Positions 41,911-56,900 of a DNA stretch of 64,000 nucleotides are shown in pieces (position 1 is the first letter of the stretch; each line of letters opens with the position of its first letter). Origin of the DNA: Trichoplax adhaerens (taxonomy: Eukaryota > Animalia > Placozoa); assembly GCF_000150275.1 (NCBI RefSeq), contig NW_002060955.1, positions 691,041 through 755,040 on the forward strand, given 5' to 3'. The position numbers were made by a program, and so were the translations under genes. The notes beneath the pieces were generated by a model. That model saw only the letters and a program-made list of their open reading frames with translations. It had not been told where the DNA came from and did no database searches.

Positions 41911-44900
41911 TTAATAGGTTTTAGAAATATTGGAAGGTAAAGTATAATCTGAAAGATTATATTTCATCTTGATGTCAGATACTGTACTAACAGGAGCGAC
42001 CGTACTTGTAGATTTTCCCATTCTCGGCTTAAAAAATGCGTCTTTAAAGACCTGCGTTGCAATCGTATAAATGACAGGATTCATTGCCGAATTTAATGGA
42101 AGCACAAACACCGCTATCCAAGCAATTGTTTCACGAGGTACATGGATTTTAAACAATGCTAAGAAAGTAATGGCAATGATAGGTAACCAACAGCACAAGT
42201 TAGTACCGATGACTAGGATCATTTTAACTGTTACAACACGATCTTGTCTAGCACTTCTATGACTCATCACCTTTCTGGTTTTTAACTTAATCATAAGAGC
42301 TAAATAAGCTAGCAAAATAAACATGCAAGCAATTAGATTGACAACGGTAATAACGCTAATGGAATATTGCCAACCTGTACCATCGACTTGATTAGAAAAG
42401 TGGAAAGGCAGGCAAACACTTGATCGTCCATAGAAATTTCTGAAATATGGAATACCAGGTAGTAATGGTATACCAATGGTTACAATAACGATTAGCCAAC
42501 CCCAAAAGATTGCCTTTCTAGCGGTAGATAAATTAATTCGATAAGGGCTATATGGACTGATAATGCATATCAGTCGGTCGACAGTGATGGCGGTCAAAAT
42601 ATATACGGACATTTGGCAAGATAACGTGGCTAAAAATCCAGCAAAGTGACAGAGTGGACTCTTCCTCCAATAATCATCATAATGGCTATATTTCTTACGG
42701 TAATAGATATCGGTTGATCCAATGATGATCAAGTAAATTGCCATCATTAAATCTGCAATTGCCAGTGCATCTACAAATAGAACGTTTACAGATTCAGCAT
42801 TACCCATAAAAAATGTTACCAGTTTTCGAAAATAAGATTGTTCAGCCATGGAATTTTTATTTTGATGCTTTAATCTCCATATTAGTACAAACAAGTTGCC
42901 AACTAGGGCAATAATTCCTACAATCCATATTGATGCTCTTAAAATTGTATTGGCCATAAGATCAGCGCAGTTGGAAATAACATTAAAGGGTGGAAGGCAT
43001 GTTTGTGCAGTCGCTATACAACAAAATGAGTAATGACTGGTAACCCTGTAGCAGGAAAGGGTAGAATTACATTTTTATCGGTATTGCTAAAAAATGGTTA
43101 TAAGGTTATATGATTGTCACGGTACGCCGTTACTAATTAAGTAACTGTAAATTAATGAATGCTTATGAATAGATAAGATAAGGTTATGTGCTATGTTTTA
43201 ATGCGCTTGTAGCTGATAATAGGATGGTAGAAATGAGATAAAATAGAAGTTGTTAGCTGTTAATTTACTGTAGGTTTATAAGGTGTGTTAATCTCTAAAA
43301 ATTGAGCTGTATATGGACGAAGGTTAAGCGTCTTAACACCTGATAGCTTGTAGCTATCTAAATCTGAGAATATCGACATGTATATTTAGTAATGGTATTA
43401 TACTAATTAATGTAACTTATAAAGCATGAATTCTCACTCGTTAATATTGGGATTCACTGTAGAAACCTATTTAAGCGCGTGTGTTTGTAGAATAAAGTAA
43501 GTAATTGCTTAAGAAACGGCAAGACTCATATCGTGAAGAATAGTGTAATAATTAGTCAGTTGTCTGTGGAGATCAGCCGAGAAATCGAGTTCTCAAATAC
43601 TTCTCTCATAGAAACTGAAAGTACTGGGAGAAATAGCCCAAGTTTTAAGTAACTACACTAGAGTTCTTTACTTTCCTTTGCCACAAGTGAGGGTTGTGAC
43701 AATGATGGAACACTATCGCGGTAGCTTACTGTAATTAATATCATTATAATGTTGAATATTTTAGTAATGTATGGGGGTATGATCGTGATAATGTTTACAA
43801 TATCCAGTAATAACTTACAATAGGGAAAGATTTAAACCAACAAATGGTTGAGTTGCAGTAATTTCGATGTTATTTCCTTGCAAATACCTATGCCCACATT
43901 TTGAGCGGTTATGGTTATATTACAATGTTCGAAAGAAGTTATCCACCAGCGCTAAAAACTTTTATTTCTTTACCGTACTCTATATCATCTTATTAAATAA
44001 GAATCATGATATTGAAATATTCAGACATCACTGGTCAACTTACAGTGTACGCAAAGAATTTTTCAAGCCAGCAAATGTGAAATCAGTCAAAGACTTGATT
44101 CGGTTCATGGATAAATCCCTGCAATGTACGCTTCATTTTATTAATAAAAGATTTTTAGTCATAGAAAATGTAAGTTCGGCCACGGTTACGCTTACAATTG
44201 TTTTAGATGTTTTAAACTTTGAAAGCATTTATCTGGTATGGAAGTAAAATTATTGTTGGATAGTATTCTATAAATGAAGGAGAGTAGTGCATTATTTTAA
44301 TAGCAGAATTATCATGGAAATTTTTCAGTAAAAGTTAAAAAAATGGAGCGCATTAGTTTATTTTTGAAGTGAGAAAATATCTCTTACAGGGTCATTAATA
44401 GCGGGGAGTCTTCGAATTGAGCGCATTCAAGCAGATTTAATAAATTACCGCTTAAATCCCTGATAATACAAATTTAAATCAGTATTAGCTATTGCTGCGC
44501 TAATTAAATAAAGATAGAATAATATTTTAAATTCTGAAAATCTTCAGTTCTGATCGAATCCGTATAATACTTCCGTTTTGGAATTTTTCATAAAACAGTA
44601 ATAAAACTTTTGTAAATAGCTTTCATTATCAATGCGATTATATAGGCTCCATATAGTTATTCATTACTGACGTTAAATACAGTATAAATGGATAAATCTT
44701 TTTATGACGACTTTCTTGTAATTGAATGATTAGTTGATATAGTTATATTTCTATTAAACGTTTTAAGGATTGCGTAGCTCTGATATCTTCTTTCTAACGG
44801 GGTTATAATCATTTTAGCAAAGGAGATATATATCATATTTTAACTACTTACAAGACTAACAGGGGCTGATGATCAGTTAAGATCCCTTTAATAGATGATA

Positions 44901-47900
44901 AGGATTGCTTACTTAAATTCCTATATGCAAGTAACAGTAAAAAAGGTTAGGTATAATTATGATAATCTTGCTTTAGTCACAACTTAAAGATCAACTTACA
45001 AGAGAATAAAATGCTTAGAATTAATTGCGGAGCCACTAAATTGCTCAATGGTATTATTTTCGAGATACCTAATTTGATAGGTATAAATATAGATAGCTCA
45101 ATATAGATGAAACAAAAAATATCACTTTATCCCATTAAATCGTAATACTGCCAAATATTATTAAAATTATATCAGTTGCATCAATTACATACAGAGATCT
45201 TAAATTCGGTAAGGCAGTATCATTTCCACTTTTGTAGAAAGATTTTATTTGATTACTGTTTAAATTGCTAAAACAAGCAAGATTAAATAAATACCAATGG
45301 CTTTAAACGTGAGTAAAGTTAAGCAATTCAGTGAAAATCGTAGGTAAAGAATTAAAGACATAATGTCATTTATTTTGTAGACTTTTAAAAGTTAAAAATA
45401 GTCTCTGCTAACAGTGAATATAAAAATTTTAGGGATTGAAAGACACTTGTATCTATCTTGTTAATCCTGTTTGAACTTAAATCTCTGCAACAGAAATATT
45501 TCATATTAATGATAGGCCTGTATACATTTATGGTTGGAGGTTGTATTGATGTTACAAATTCTAAGTACTGTGGAATTAATAATCAAAGGGCTATGACAAA
45601 CACGATCTTACAAAAATCCAAGCTGGTTAAGATGGATAAAATCATTCTTTTTTAAAGTCACCAAATGATTCCCTTTCAAAATACTGCATTATGACGAAAA
45701 CATGATTCACTAGATATTCTAGCTAATTAGATTCTAAATCCTGATATCAAAGCTCTTAGGTTAAAGGCATGCTTTTGATGAAAAGAAGGATGCTATTCAA
45801 AGCGATATTAACTCACAGTTGCTTAATTGTACTTGGTATATCTGGTATATGATCATAATTGGCATAGCTACAGTCAATAATGTAATCTCGGCACTTACAC
45901 CTTTCTTGACATTTAAATTTGGCTATCAAGTACAGTTGTATCATTAGTAATAATATCTATACAATTACTATTATTATTTTTGGATAGTCATGCATATCCT
46001 TACGACATTGCATCTCATCCCAGCCATTTTCACAGTCAGATTTGCCGTTGCAAACGCTATTCCAGTTTATATAGTGGCCATTTCTACATTGAAACAGCTC
46101 ATTATTTAAGGCTGATCCTGTAAACAAATAATAGTCTAAAATTTATAAACCATTAAAAATGTTTGTTTCTTCTACATGGAAAATTTAAACCGCTTACACA
46201 ACCAGCATTAGTACTTTAAAGTTATCATAGTCCCGTAAATTCTATTGTTGATTTCGGCAAAACTTACTGATATGTACAGTATTGTAAAAAAATAAGTAAT
46301 TACAATTATAAAGTAAGTTAAATGAGCATGTGAAATTTAATATTAATATGTAATCGTAAGTAACTCTTAATATGACTGTGTAAGATTTCACTAAGTGAGA
46401 CGGTATAGCCTACATCATAGCCCTAAACTTAGCTAGAGAAATTCGCATAATCTGATGGCATATTATGTTATTATCGGAAGCATATAAGTACAGGTTGATA
46501 AATAAAAAGATTAATTTTTACCAGATACTCATTGAGTAATAATCGTAAAATAATAACATAGATACATAGCACTTACTACACATCTTAGCTTGAGAATCAT
46601 CTTTACATTCATAAAGCGTTGTACATCGCCCAGTTAGCGGAACACATTCTCCGCTATCACATTTGTACTCTGATTTTAAACAAGTTACATTACCTATATG
46701 ATAGCAATAGAGGTATGCTAAAATATCTACCACAATTATAACATCACATACACAATTAATACAATATTGAATAATGTCCTCGATAGAGTGATAACTAGAA
46801 TTAATATTAAAATTTTTACCACATATATATTCATCTGAATGATCTTGGCAATCATTGATCCCATTGCAACGTTTACTGTGTTGGATACATTCTCCTGTAA
46901 AGCAAGTAAAATTATCACCTTGGCACCGTTCATACAAGGTTGAAATCTGATAGAATCCAATGAAACCAGTTGCCGATGATTGTCGTTTCCTTGAACGAAA
47001 ATGAATTAGCATATTATTAGATGTCGACTTAATTTCTTTTGGTATTTCTTTGCCGCAAAATTGCCCTATAGTTGGCGATGATCGCTGTGGTCCATCGTAA
47101 ACGAGCAAATATTCAATACTACAACTAGGCGATTCTGGGATATAAAATCGTTGTAATGACAGAATGATTTGATTGCCCGGGGGTACAGTAATCTTATAGG
47201 AGCATTCCGAATTTGGTGGGTAGGAATTGGGATATCCATAGGATTTGATTACTCCTTGAATTTTTTGGAAACGATGATTACACGTTGTTGTGTTGATATT
47301 TCCAAGATCTAAATTTAAGATGATTAACGTTTTGTAAATATTTTAGTATATTCTACTGTAAAAGAAACTGTAATTATAACAAGAATAGAAAAATTTATAG
47401 AACTACAATTATTTTTTATAATTTGAAGCCTGATGAAGATACAGACGTGTCGATATTGTGATAAACAGCTAAGATAAGATAGTGATCGACTTAACACGGT
47501 AAGGTAATTATAAATGTAAATCTATACTGGTATAGTAACTAATACATTGGTTAAGTAAATATCTACGGTACCGCAATTAATTTCATCCGTGTTATCAACG
47601 CAATCTGTATTTCCATCGCACTGAAGAGAATCAGCGAAACATGTTCCATCTTTACACATCTGGCTGTAGGTTGAGCAAGAGTGATAAACTGGACAAATTT
47701 TATAATCAGAAGAGTTGTTAATCATTAACTTATCAATTATAGAGACAAAAAAGTACAAAACATTAACTAATAATTGTCTGGTGTAGAGCCTACGGGTCAA
47801 TATCATGCTAGCAGATATCTTATTACCTTTGCTACTGATATAATCTACGTAAAAGTAGCTGTTAAAGAGTGCCACAGGCTCAAAAATAATTAAAACTTTG

Positions 47901-50900
47901 GATTTACTAGTTCTGATTTTGGTCAATTGAATTCTGTTGTACAATTTTTGTATAGTTTCATCGAATTCATTTAGTCCACTTTTGATTACTAAAGATCCAC
48001 CAGGTACATTTCCGTGCAGTGTTAATGAAACCTGATAACCTCCAGGTACTGTTATAAGAAAGTGTCGTTTCCCAACGCCAAAATAATAATCCGGATATCC
48101 AGGTGATTTTATTGTGCCATTCAAATTCGTAAAAGTTTCTTGCATAACTGAAAAGTAAGAACATGCATACAATAAAGTTCAAAGATGAGTGCCTACTCTT
48201 CTTTAATTCTCATATGATATTTGTAAAATAGAGAACTTGAAAGGTTTATATTAAATTTATCATTTGCAAGCTATCGATGTCCTACATTTAAAGCGAAATT
48301 TGATCGTTTTAGCCGGCAATCATTTCGAAAAGATTTGAAATGATTGTTTACGAGTACGAAATATGTCAAAATTTATTGATTACAATACATTCAAATTAGT
48401 TATACTAATCATATATAAAGCTGATTGCCTTTACATCAAGATGATATTGACATTGTGGCGACTATTTTGAAAAGTTATATTAAAGTAAGCGGAATAATGT
48501 AAAATTACCTACGATAAGAAACTCATTATCGTATGCTATATCTTAATGAAGCTAATTTATGTAGAATTACATTATCATTTTAGCTTAAATTACTTGGTAA
48601 TCTTTTATATCGACCATAAAATCGTAACGGTTCGTTGTTGGAATATGACCTAAATGTTAATGCAAATTTTCCTCCAGACAAATAAATTGGAGCTGGATTA
48701 GAGCTACCACATATTTGAACTGGCTTATCGTTTACTTTTGCGACAGATAGATAACTTTGATTACAAGGAAAGTTCTCTAATTGAGTTTTCTTTCCAGCAT
48801 CAAATAGTTGAAATTTGATCATGATAGTTTCATTTTCTGGAATGGCGACATCATAGCTGCAGTAGATCATTCCTTGATAATACTTAGGATAATCAGGTGA
48901 AGAAATATCGCCGTCGTTGTCGAAAGTATACTTAGGACATTGTTGCAGAACTAATTGCAATAAAATCAATTTATTTTTTATCTTCAAAAAGTAGCGTAAT
49001 TACGTTTCGTTAAAATAAAATGATACAGAGCTATTAAATGGCTGTTTCTAATCTGTATTAGGAACGCTATTAAATATTAACTAACTACAATTCTTACTTG
49101 CATCTGTGGTGTAAAAGATTATAAAACCTCTACCGGTAACAGATAAATCCGAATGAAATTGAATTACTGTATGCAGACTTGGAATTCGAAAAGGGTTCCA
49201 ATACTGCTTGGAGCCACACAAAGTAGTAACATGATCTTGCGAAATATTGAATCGAACAAAATCATAACTGCACAATCTTGAATATTCTAACGAGAGAAAT
49301 TCGAAAAATAGGAGTAAGCTTTCACTTTTATTTCTATAACTAATATCGATGTTGTATAAGCAGTCCATGGAATATGGATATTTGTTAGGGTAACGAGGTG
49401 AGACAATGCTTCCAAGTTGAGCATCCAAAGATTGGCGACATAACATTTGCCCTATAGATTAAGAGATATTAATTCTGCTGTTGACAAGACTATCTAAAAA
49501 CCCTTATTGATTTATTATGCATATAGTATAGCATGCACCATATAAGTACGGCAGCGACAATTAAAAGTCACAAAACTATACCTGTTTTGAAAGATATCTT
49601 ATAGCCTTTATAGGAATACAAGCTATCTGATGAAAATTTGATTAATATCTCATTCGTAGCACTTTCCAGAGTGATTGGTTGGCCATAAATATCTCCGCAG
49701 TAAAGTATCCGTTCTACTTTATTAAATTTAGGATTTAAAATCGTGAGTACGTCAGTGGCACATTGATGATTATAAGATGATTGCAATTGAAGATCTTCAA
49801 TAGTTATACTAATAGTGTAGCCAGAATCAACTCTCAGCAAGTACGCACAGCGCAAGTTGTTAGGATAAGGTTGGGGATAATTAGGTGAAGTAATATAGCC
49901 ATTACTTGCTTGAATAGATACGGAGCAGTTTGCTGAATATTCTAGAAAAATGAAATACGCGTATGCTCGAAGATATCAAGTAATGTGTCATGTTCCGTTA
50001 TTTATTTCTAATGTAATGACTAACGTTAGTATTATATCATTATAAGGATTTAGATATGGTTCTTTATATGGTGCTATGGTCTTAAATTAGTAATCTGTAT
50101 TTAAATATGACGACATAAATAGACAATATTTAAGGCTGTGTAGGCTAAGAGGTACAGAGAGCTAGCGTAGATTTATTGATTAGATTTGATCTTCTTATTC
50201 GTTAGTGACACATTGGACGTGATTTAGTTTCATGTCCAGCTACTTGCTGATAACTTCCGAATTTAACTCAATAAATTAAATATTTTAATGGATATATAAG
50301 TTAGGTCATTATTGATTACTAAATCTCAACATAATGCATTATAAGTTAGCGAAAGTATCTATTTACAGCAATTTTGGACTGCATCTTGTTATTAATAAAA
50401 TTGTAAAATTGAATTTAGGATTATTCAGCTTAACTTGGTATTAAGTGTTAACTTATTCTACAGTGAATAAGAAGTATAGTGAGTTATAAGTAATGAGATC
50501 CATTTCATTATCCCTAGCATAATTAATAACAACTTTACAATATCATATGAGTCTCTCTCATATAAAAACAGATCTGAATACTATAATGTAGTTCAAATTT
50601 CATTCAAAAATTTTAATATGATATTTTTTCTTGCGGTTACTTGATATTTCCTAGATAATCGTAGGCATTAACTGTTAAATTTTAAAACTATAAACCACAT
50701 ACTATTCAACTGCTTGAGTTACTATTAATTTTAATTAAACGATACCGTAATACATCTCTACATCGTGGTATTTTAAGCTGGTAAATTCAACTAAATGCTA
50801 GTATATATTGATTGGAGATTCAAATAAGCGCGACATTATTTTGATATCCACAACAGGAAGGCGCATCAGAAAGTCGTTTAAGGAACTTTAAACTAATAAT

Positions 50901-53900
50901 AATACTTATAATTTCCTTCTTACCACAATCTAGTTCATCTGTCCAGTCATAGCAGTCATATTTACCATTACAGACAACAGCATTAGGAACACACATTTCA
51001 ATCGAAGCACATGAGAAATAGTTTTCCAGACATACAGTATTATCGTCTGTGTCTTGAAAAATTGGGTAAAATTACAGTATTTCAAATCAATGGTGAGTTT
51101 AATCATTAGCGAATATTTTTTCAGCACGATTTAATTAATATTGTTATGTTTAATTAATTTATGAAGTGAAATACTAACTTGAAAAGTATCAGCTATAGAA
51201 ATTATCGGGTTAGTTGTTAAAATTTTCAATTTATACAGCCATTGCCGATATAATTTAAGATGAATTATGGTTAAATCTTTATAAATTAAAATTGAGCTAT
51301 TTTATACACTCAGTATGATATTCTAGCTATATGGGCTACTGCTATATCGGTAAATTTTGCAAATAAAAATGGGGAAGATTGATTATTGCCTTGTCTCTTA
51401 CTTCCTATTTAGAGTTACTTGATGAATATTAGATAATTTCGTAGCATAGTCTAGAATAATCTTATCTAAAGTACCTAATACTTTCCGAAAGCTGGCTTTC
51501 AATTTAACATATTCAATTGTAGAGCCCACATTATAGCGAATTCGAAGAAAATTAGCTTGAGATATAGCTGGCCATGGAGTCTCTTGGCGGCACAAGGATA
51601 GAGTGTGAGAACTATTGTCTTGATTTAGATAAATTGTAAATGTAGGATTGTTGCAAGTTAACTTTGCAATGCATAGTAGGAAAGATAATAAAACTTTACT
51701 TTCATCATCTACTAAAATAATGTAATTAATTTCTTCATTGCGTTGCAAAACATCAGGGGTTTCAATAATTCCATAGTCTTGATCTATAAAAGTAATTACT
51801 TTTTTGTATTTTTTAACTGAAAGAAATTGATATTTAATTATTAGTTATATCTCGATTGATATGTATTGAAATTATCGATTCTTGGACATTTTGTATGAGC
51901 ATAGTCTTTCAGTTTATATCAAAACTTCATGAGATAAAGGAATAGAGCTGTAAATTTGAAATATAGTTTTAATGACATACCGCAATTGCATTGACCATTT
52001 TCATCTAGACAATGGTATGGATTTTGACATTGGCCTTGTTTGTCTATACATTGGCCAGCTATGCAAGAAAAATTTCCTCGCAAGCATTTAGGATAATCTA
52101 TGAAAGTTATTGAAATAAAATGAAATGATTACGGTATTGAGGTTAAGCAAGATCTTGCAAAATTGAAATCTAGCGTTACTTTCGAGTGTATATGTTGAAA
52201 ATACATGAGTTAAAAGTATTGTCTTACAACAATATATTTCATCAGAATGATCGCTGCAGTCGAAAACGCCATCACATACTCTATTTGCTTCAATGATATC
52301 GCCGTCAGGGCAGGTAATATAGCGATAGTTAGTACAATCTAAAATTAGAAAAGATATGATTATTAAAGCAAGGCGAATTCCTACAAGATTGTTGCATTAT
52401 TTAAATTGAACATAATTGTCGTACTTTCTTGTTTAGCTTGATTAATTTCGGCTCGAAATCCTTGTAAATTAATAATATAGTCCGAGAAAAAGTAAATCAA
52501 GAGGCTATTTTTACTTGATCGAATCATTGGCATGAGTAGTTGGCCACAAAATACCCCTAATTGGTATTCCTTTAACGCTTGATGACCATCATATATTGCC
52601 ACGTAATCGAAACTGCAACCTGAACCTTTCGATTCTTGTTCCAACTGAAAGTTTGTAAAGTTAATAATAACGTGATCGTACGAAAGATCTGCCGAAATAT
52701 TATAGACGCAAAACTTTCGGTTTGGATAGTTGTGAGGAAAATTAGGTGAAGTAATGATACCCTGGCCGGTTGTACTGTTATGGCAAGGAACTAGGTGCAA
52801 GAAAATTTTTATTAACTTGAAATTCAGTCCTATTTGGATATCCAGTAACTCTACTGCAATCAACAGATACATCAAGCTTTCTTAGCATTAGCGCTATATA
52901 GAGACATAATATTATCAATTGAACTTACTAATTCCGTCATAAAGAATTTCAAATCCTATATCTGATATAACATAGTTCGATTCAAAAACCACTCGAACCT
53001 TGGCTTGTAGATCGAATAAATATGAACTAGGAGAGCTACTTTGAGTAAATACCAATCGAGTGCTGTAATTTTTGTAACCACTTTCGGCTGTTGCTGTCAT
53101 GATATATAATTTGTCATAAGGCCCTGTTAGATTATAAGACCTAAATTTAATTCTAGTTTGGTATGCGTTGCTATTAATCTTGATATCATATTGACATCGA
53201 AAGATTTGAGGATATGAACGATTGCTGAAGGAATGGAAGGAAATTATTCCAGACAATGTTGACAAGCTGTGCTGACAAGACGGAGCTAAATAATAGTAAG
53301 TCATAAAACTAGGTTAGTTACTTGGAAGTTAATTCCCTGCCGCCTTATTTTACGGATAGAACTATTTCTGAACGTAAATAAGATGAGATATCCGGTAATT
53401 ATTTGTTAAATAATTGAAGAAGAAATTTTACATTAATGTTTTTACGTAAGAATTGATTCATAATTCTTTCAAAAAGATAATTATAACGCTAGTTTTTGTA
53501 AACTTCAACTTATTTCATGTAAAGAAATTATTTTATGTATAAGCTAAGGAAGTATCTACTACTATAGTTATCTAAGGAAATTAACTTGACGATCATTAGA
53601 TTAAGTAAATTTGAAATGCATCGGCTTACTACTTTTAAACTACTTCCCAGAAAAGCCGCTCTTTACTTTCATCTTACCTACACTAAAATGAACTTTTAGG
53701 CAACGCCTCATAAATGCTTTCAAACCTGAAACTACTGTACTTTATTCTTAATACAATCTGCGTCAAAACTAACAGTTAACACCGATAAGTTTATATGCAG
53801 GCCCGATTTGGATAGTAATTTAATAGTTGATATTTTTGTAAGATAAGCAAGTATTCTCGGTAATATTTCATCTTTTTTATTGTAAGATCTAAACTTAATT

Positions 53901-56900
53901 TCGTTCTAAGTAATTGACATTTTTAGAAGCAAAATAGGCAATCAATCCAGACAGCATTCCTTATTTACTATTGAATTAGGAAATAACACTTACGGCAATT
54001 TGCTTCATCGGACCAGTCGGGACAGTTATAAGCGTGATTACATTTCTCTGATAGCGGAATACACGGCCCTTGAAGGCATTTAAATTGGTACTTGGAGCAT
54101 TTAGATTCTACCAGTTTAGATGATATGATTGCATATTGAATATCAATAAATTTTACTTTTAATAAATCTTCTTTCGTGATAATATCGCTCTATAACGAGT
54201 TTTTCATAGATCATAAAGTAATTTAGTGTTTTTCTTATTTTGTCACCTACCAGTTCGCGATAACATGGTATAGGTTGCTCGAAAACCTTTGGCTTCAATC
54301 TTACCCCCATAAAAGGTAACTTTTGTAATTCCATAAGACAAAATAGGCTTAAATAATCGTGTTCCACAAAAATTTAACAACTTATTGCCATTGCCATCCG
54401 TAATGGAAAGAAAACTAGACAAATCTGGGCAGAAACTAAAGTCAACTATCTGGAAATTAAGAATAACTTTTTTTCGTTCTGGCACAGCGATAGTATAGGT
54501 ACAAAATGAATCTACAGGGTAATTGGAAGGATAGTTGGGCGTTGAAAAATTTCCATTTGCAGCGGTTAGGTAGCGGTTGCAACTCTTTGGATTGACTAAC
54601 AGATTCAGTAAAATAGTGAAATATTCAGTTATTAGTCTGATATTTCATTGGAGGTATGGATTGTCATAAGCGATTTCACAATATTATAGACACATTCTTT
54701 ATAAATTTTAATCTATTATAGTGACTTATTTTAGCATTTTATACGATTCTAAGTCTGCGACTTCTAAATAGCTGTAAGAAACATAGATGGAATATGTCAA
54801 TATTTCTGTTATTCCTCTTTACAAAGTCCCTTCTCTAACAGCTTTATACAAACAAATAGTATAGATTTCATAATATAATCGCTTCGATAGATGAACGAAA
54901 CTAAATATTTTCAGGCGAAAATTTTGACAATAATTGAGGTAACTGATGGATAAATAGGATAGTACGATAAGCAATAATATATTGATAGTAACCACGGTAT
55001 TTGGAAGTGTTGCAGTGTTAAATACTGTATTACAGTAGAAATAACTATGTTCGGATAATTCTGTTAGACTATCCTTATTTAGTTAACTTCTAATTTGGAT
55101 ACACTGTGTTTTAATATAGCACTGACTTTTTATGACAGTGACACTTATACACATACTGAAATTAATAGTTATAATAGGGAATGCAAATCATCTACTTACA
55201 GTTCGAATCATTGTGATTGTAATTTACTTATGGTAGATTGTAAATTATCATGGAAATGTTCCGTGATAGGACATATCGTAATCTGACTATTCTGTATTAG
55301 TCATTACATGTCTATGTTCGTAAATACTGTTGTCTGCATTAAGGGAGCAGTAGCTAAAATTAATATCTAACTCAGTAAATGATTCTAATGTTAATTGTAT
55401 TAACTATGACTCATGAACTATTGAGGAGTAGTATATAAATGCAGTATATCGTGAAATAAAGTGGATTCTTAAACTTAGTGTTTAACGTAAAATACGAGGC
55501 GCTTAAGTCTTTGTGTAATCTGCTAGTAGAGCAAAAGTGTTTGTGATAGTGCAGATATCGTTCCTTGATAAGTGGTTCAAGAAATTGACTTATTGATCGT
55601 ATATTGCGTTATCTTGTTGCAAAGCTGTTTTGTGACAGGAAGTAAATCTCTTGAAATTTAAAAGTACGCTGCTTAGTCAATAGCTTTGAGCAACACTTTT
55701 ACATCATTAATCTGTAGCTGGAACAGAAATTTCTAGTGCGATGGCTTGCTCAAGAAAGTTAATATACTATCGACTCAGTTTTCTATTTAGCAAATGGAGA
55801 GATGCTTAAAATGATCGCATTAGACAATTATGATGATAATTAGCGAAAATGCGTTGCATGAATAGACAAATGTGCTAATTAAGTATTCAATTACTAATTG
55901 AAGAAAAATCATCACTATTGATACTACTAGACAGATGCAATCATTCCTAATCGAGTTCATTCAATCTGATCTTTAATTAGCAAATTGGTTATTAACTGGG
56001 ATTTTATGTAAAGATGGGGTAAAATAGCTGCTTCATCGAAGATGATGGAAAAATTTAAAGATTTTCATCGACTTGGTGCAGTAATGATTAATTCAGGATG
56101 AGCTAATCTTAACCCTAACAACGATAGCGTTATCAATGTTAGGCATAAACTGCACAAAATGGTGTAATGAAGGTTAATTTTTAGAAGTTTTCTTCAAGTT
56201 CTTGTATTTTTTAATTATTCTAGCTTAGTTTTTGAATCGTGATAAGTATCCTAGCTTTAAAAATATGACTTGTTTGGTTGATTATAATAGTCGATTATTA
56301 CTTAGTATCTTGGTATACGTAAATCTGACTACTTTATTTGGGTTAGAAGTTCAGATAATCCGTAGCTTAATTTTTGTTAATAATCAGATATTATGATTTT
56401 TTGATTCAAGCGATATATTTAGTTGATAGAATTTATGTGTGCTAATTTTGATAATTAATTACTGAAGAAGTTAATGATACTTTGTAATTTCATAAGGTAT
56501 GAACCCCAAAAATTTGATCTGGGATTGTTATTTTGTCTTAGTGTATGCTGTAGAAATGTACAGTTTCAAACTAAACTATAGTTAGTATTAATTTAGTAGT
56601 TTCCGGGAGTCTAGGGTATAATTTATCTTATCATATGTATTTGAATGCTAGTTTAATTTGGAGTACTTTAGAATGATAGTTGGATAGTCTAATACCACCG
56701 ACTGTTCTGCGTAGCATATATAAGGTGGCGTAGTTCGGTAATTTAGTGCAGTTGAAGTTAGAGAAGACAAGAAAAGTCTAGGATAATCGTGAGTTATCAC
56801 ATTGATTCATAGTTTGGTTGGTTGGGCAGTAGTTATGCCCGTGTTTTGTTATTCATTTAAGAAGTTTTGCTTAGATATTTGTTAAAGATATAATAAACTG

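Noticed and set aside
43867-44247. 126-aa plus-strand ORF
   Set aside because: It is the antisense shadow of LRR exons and introns of the LGR and has no recognisable motif.
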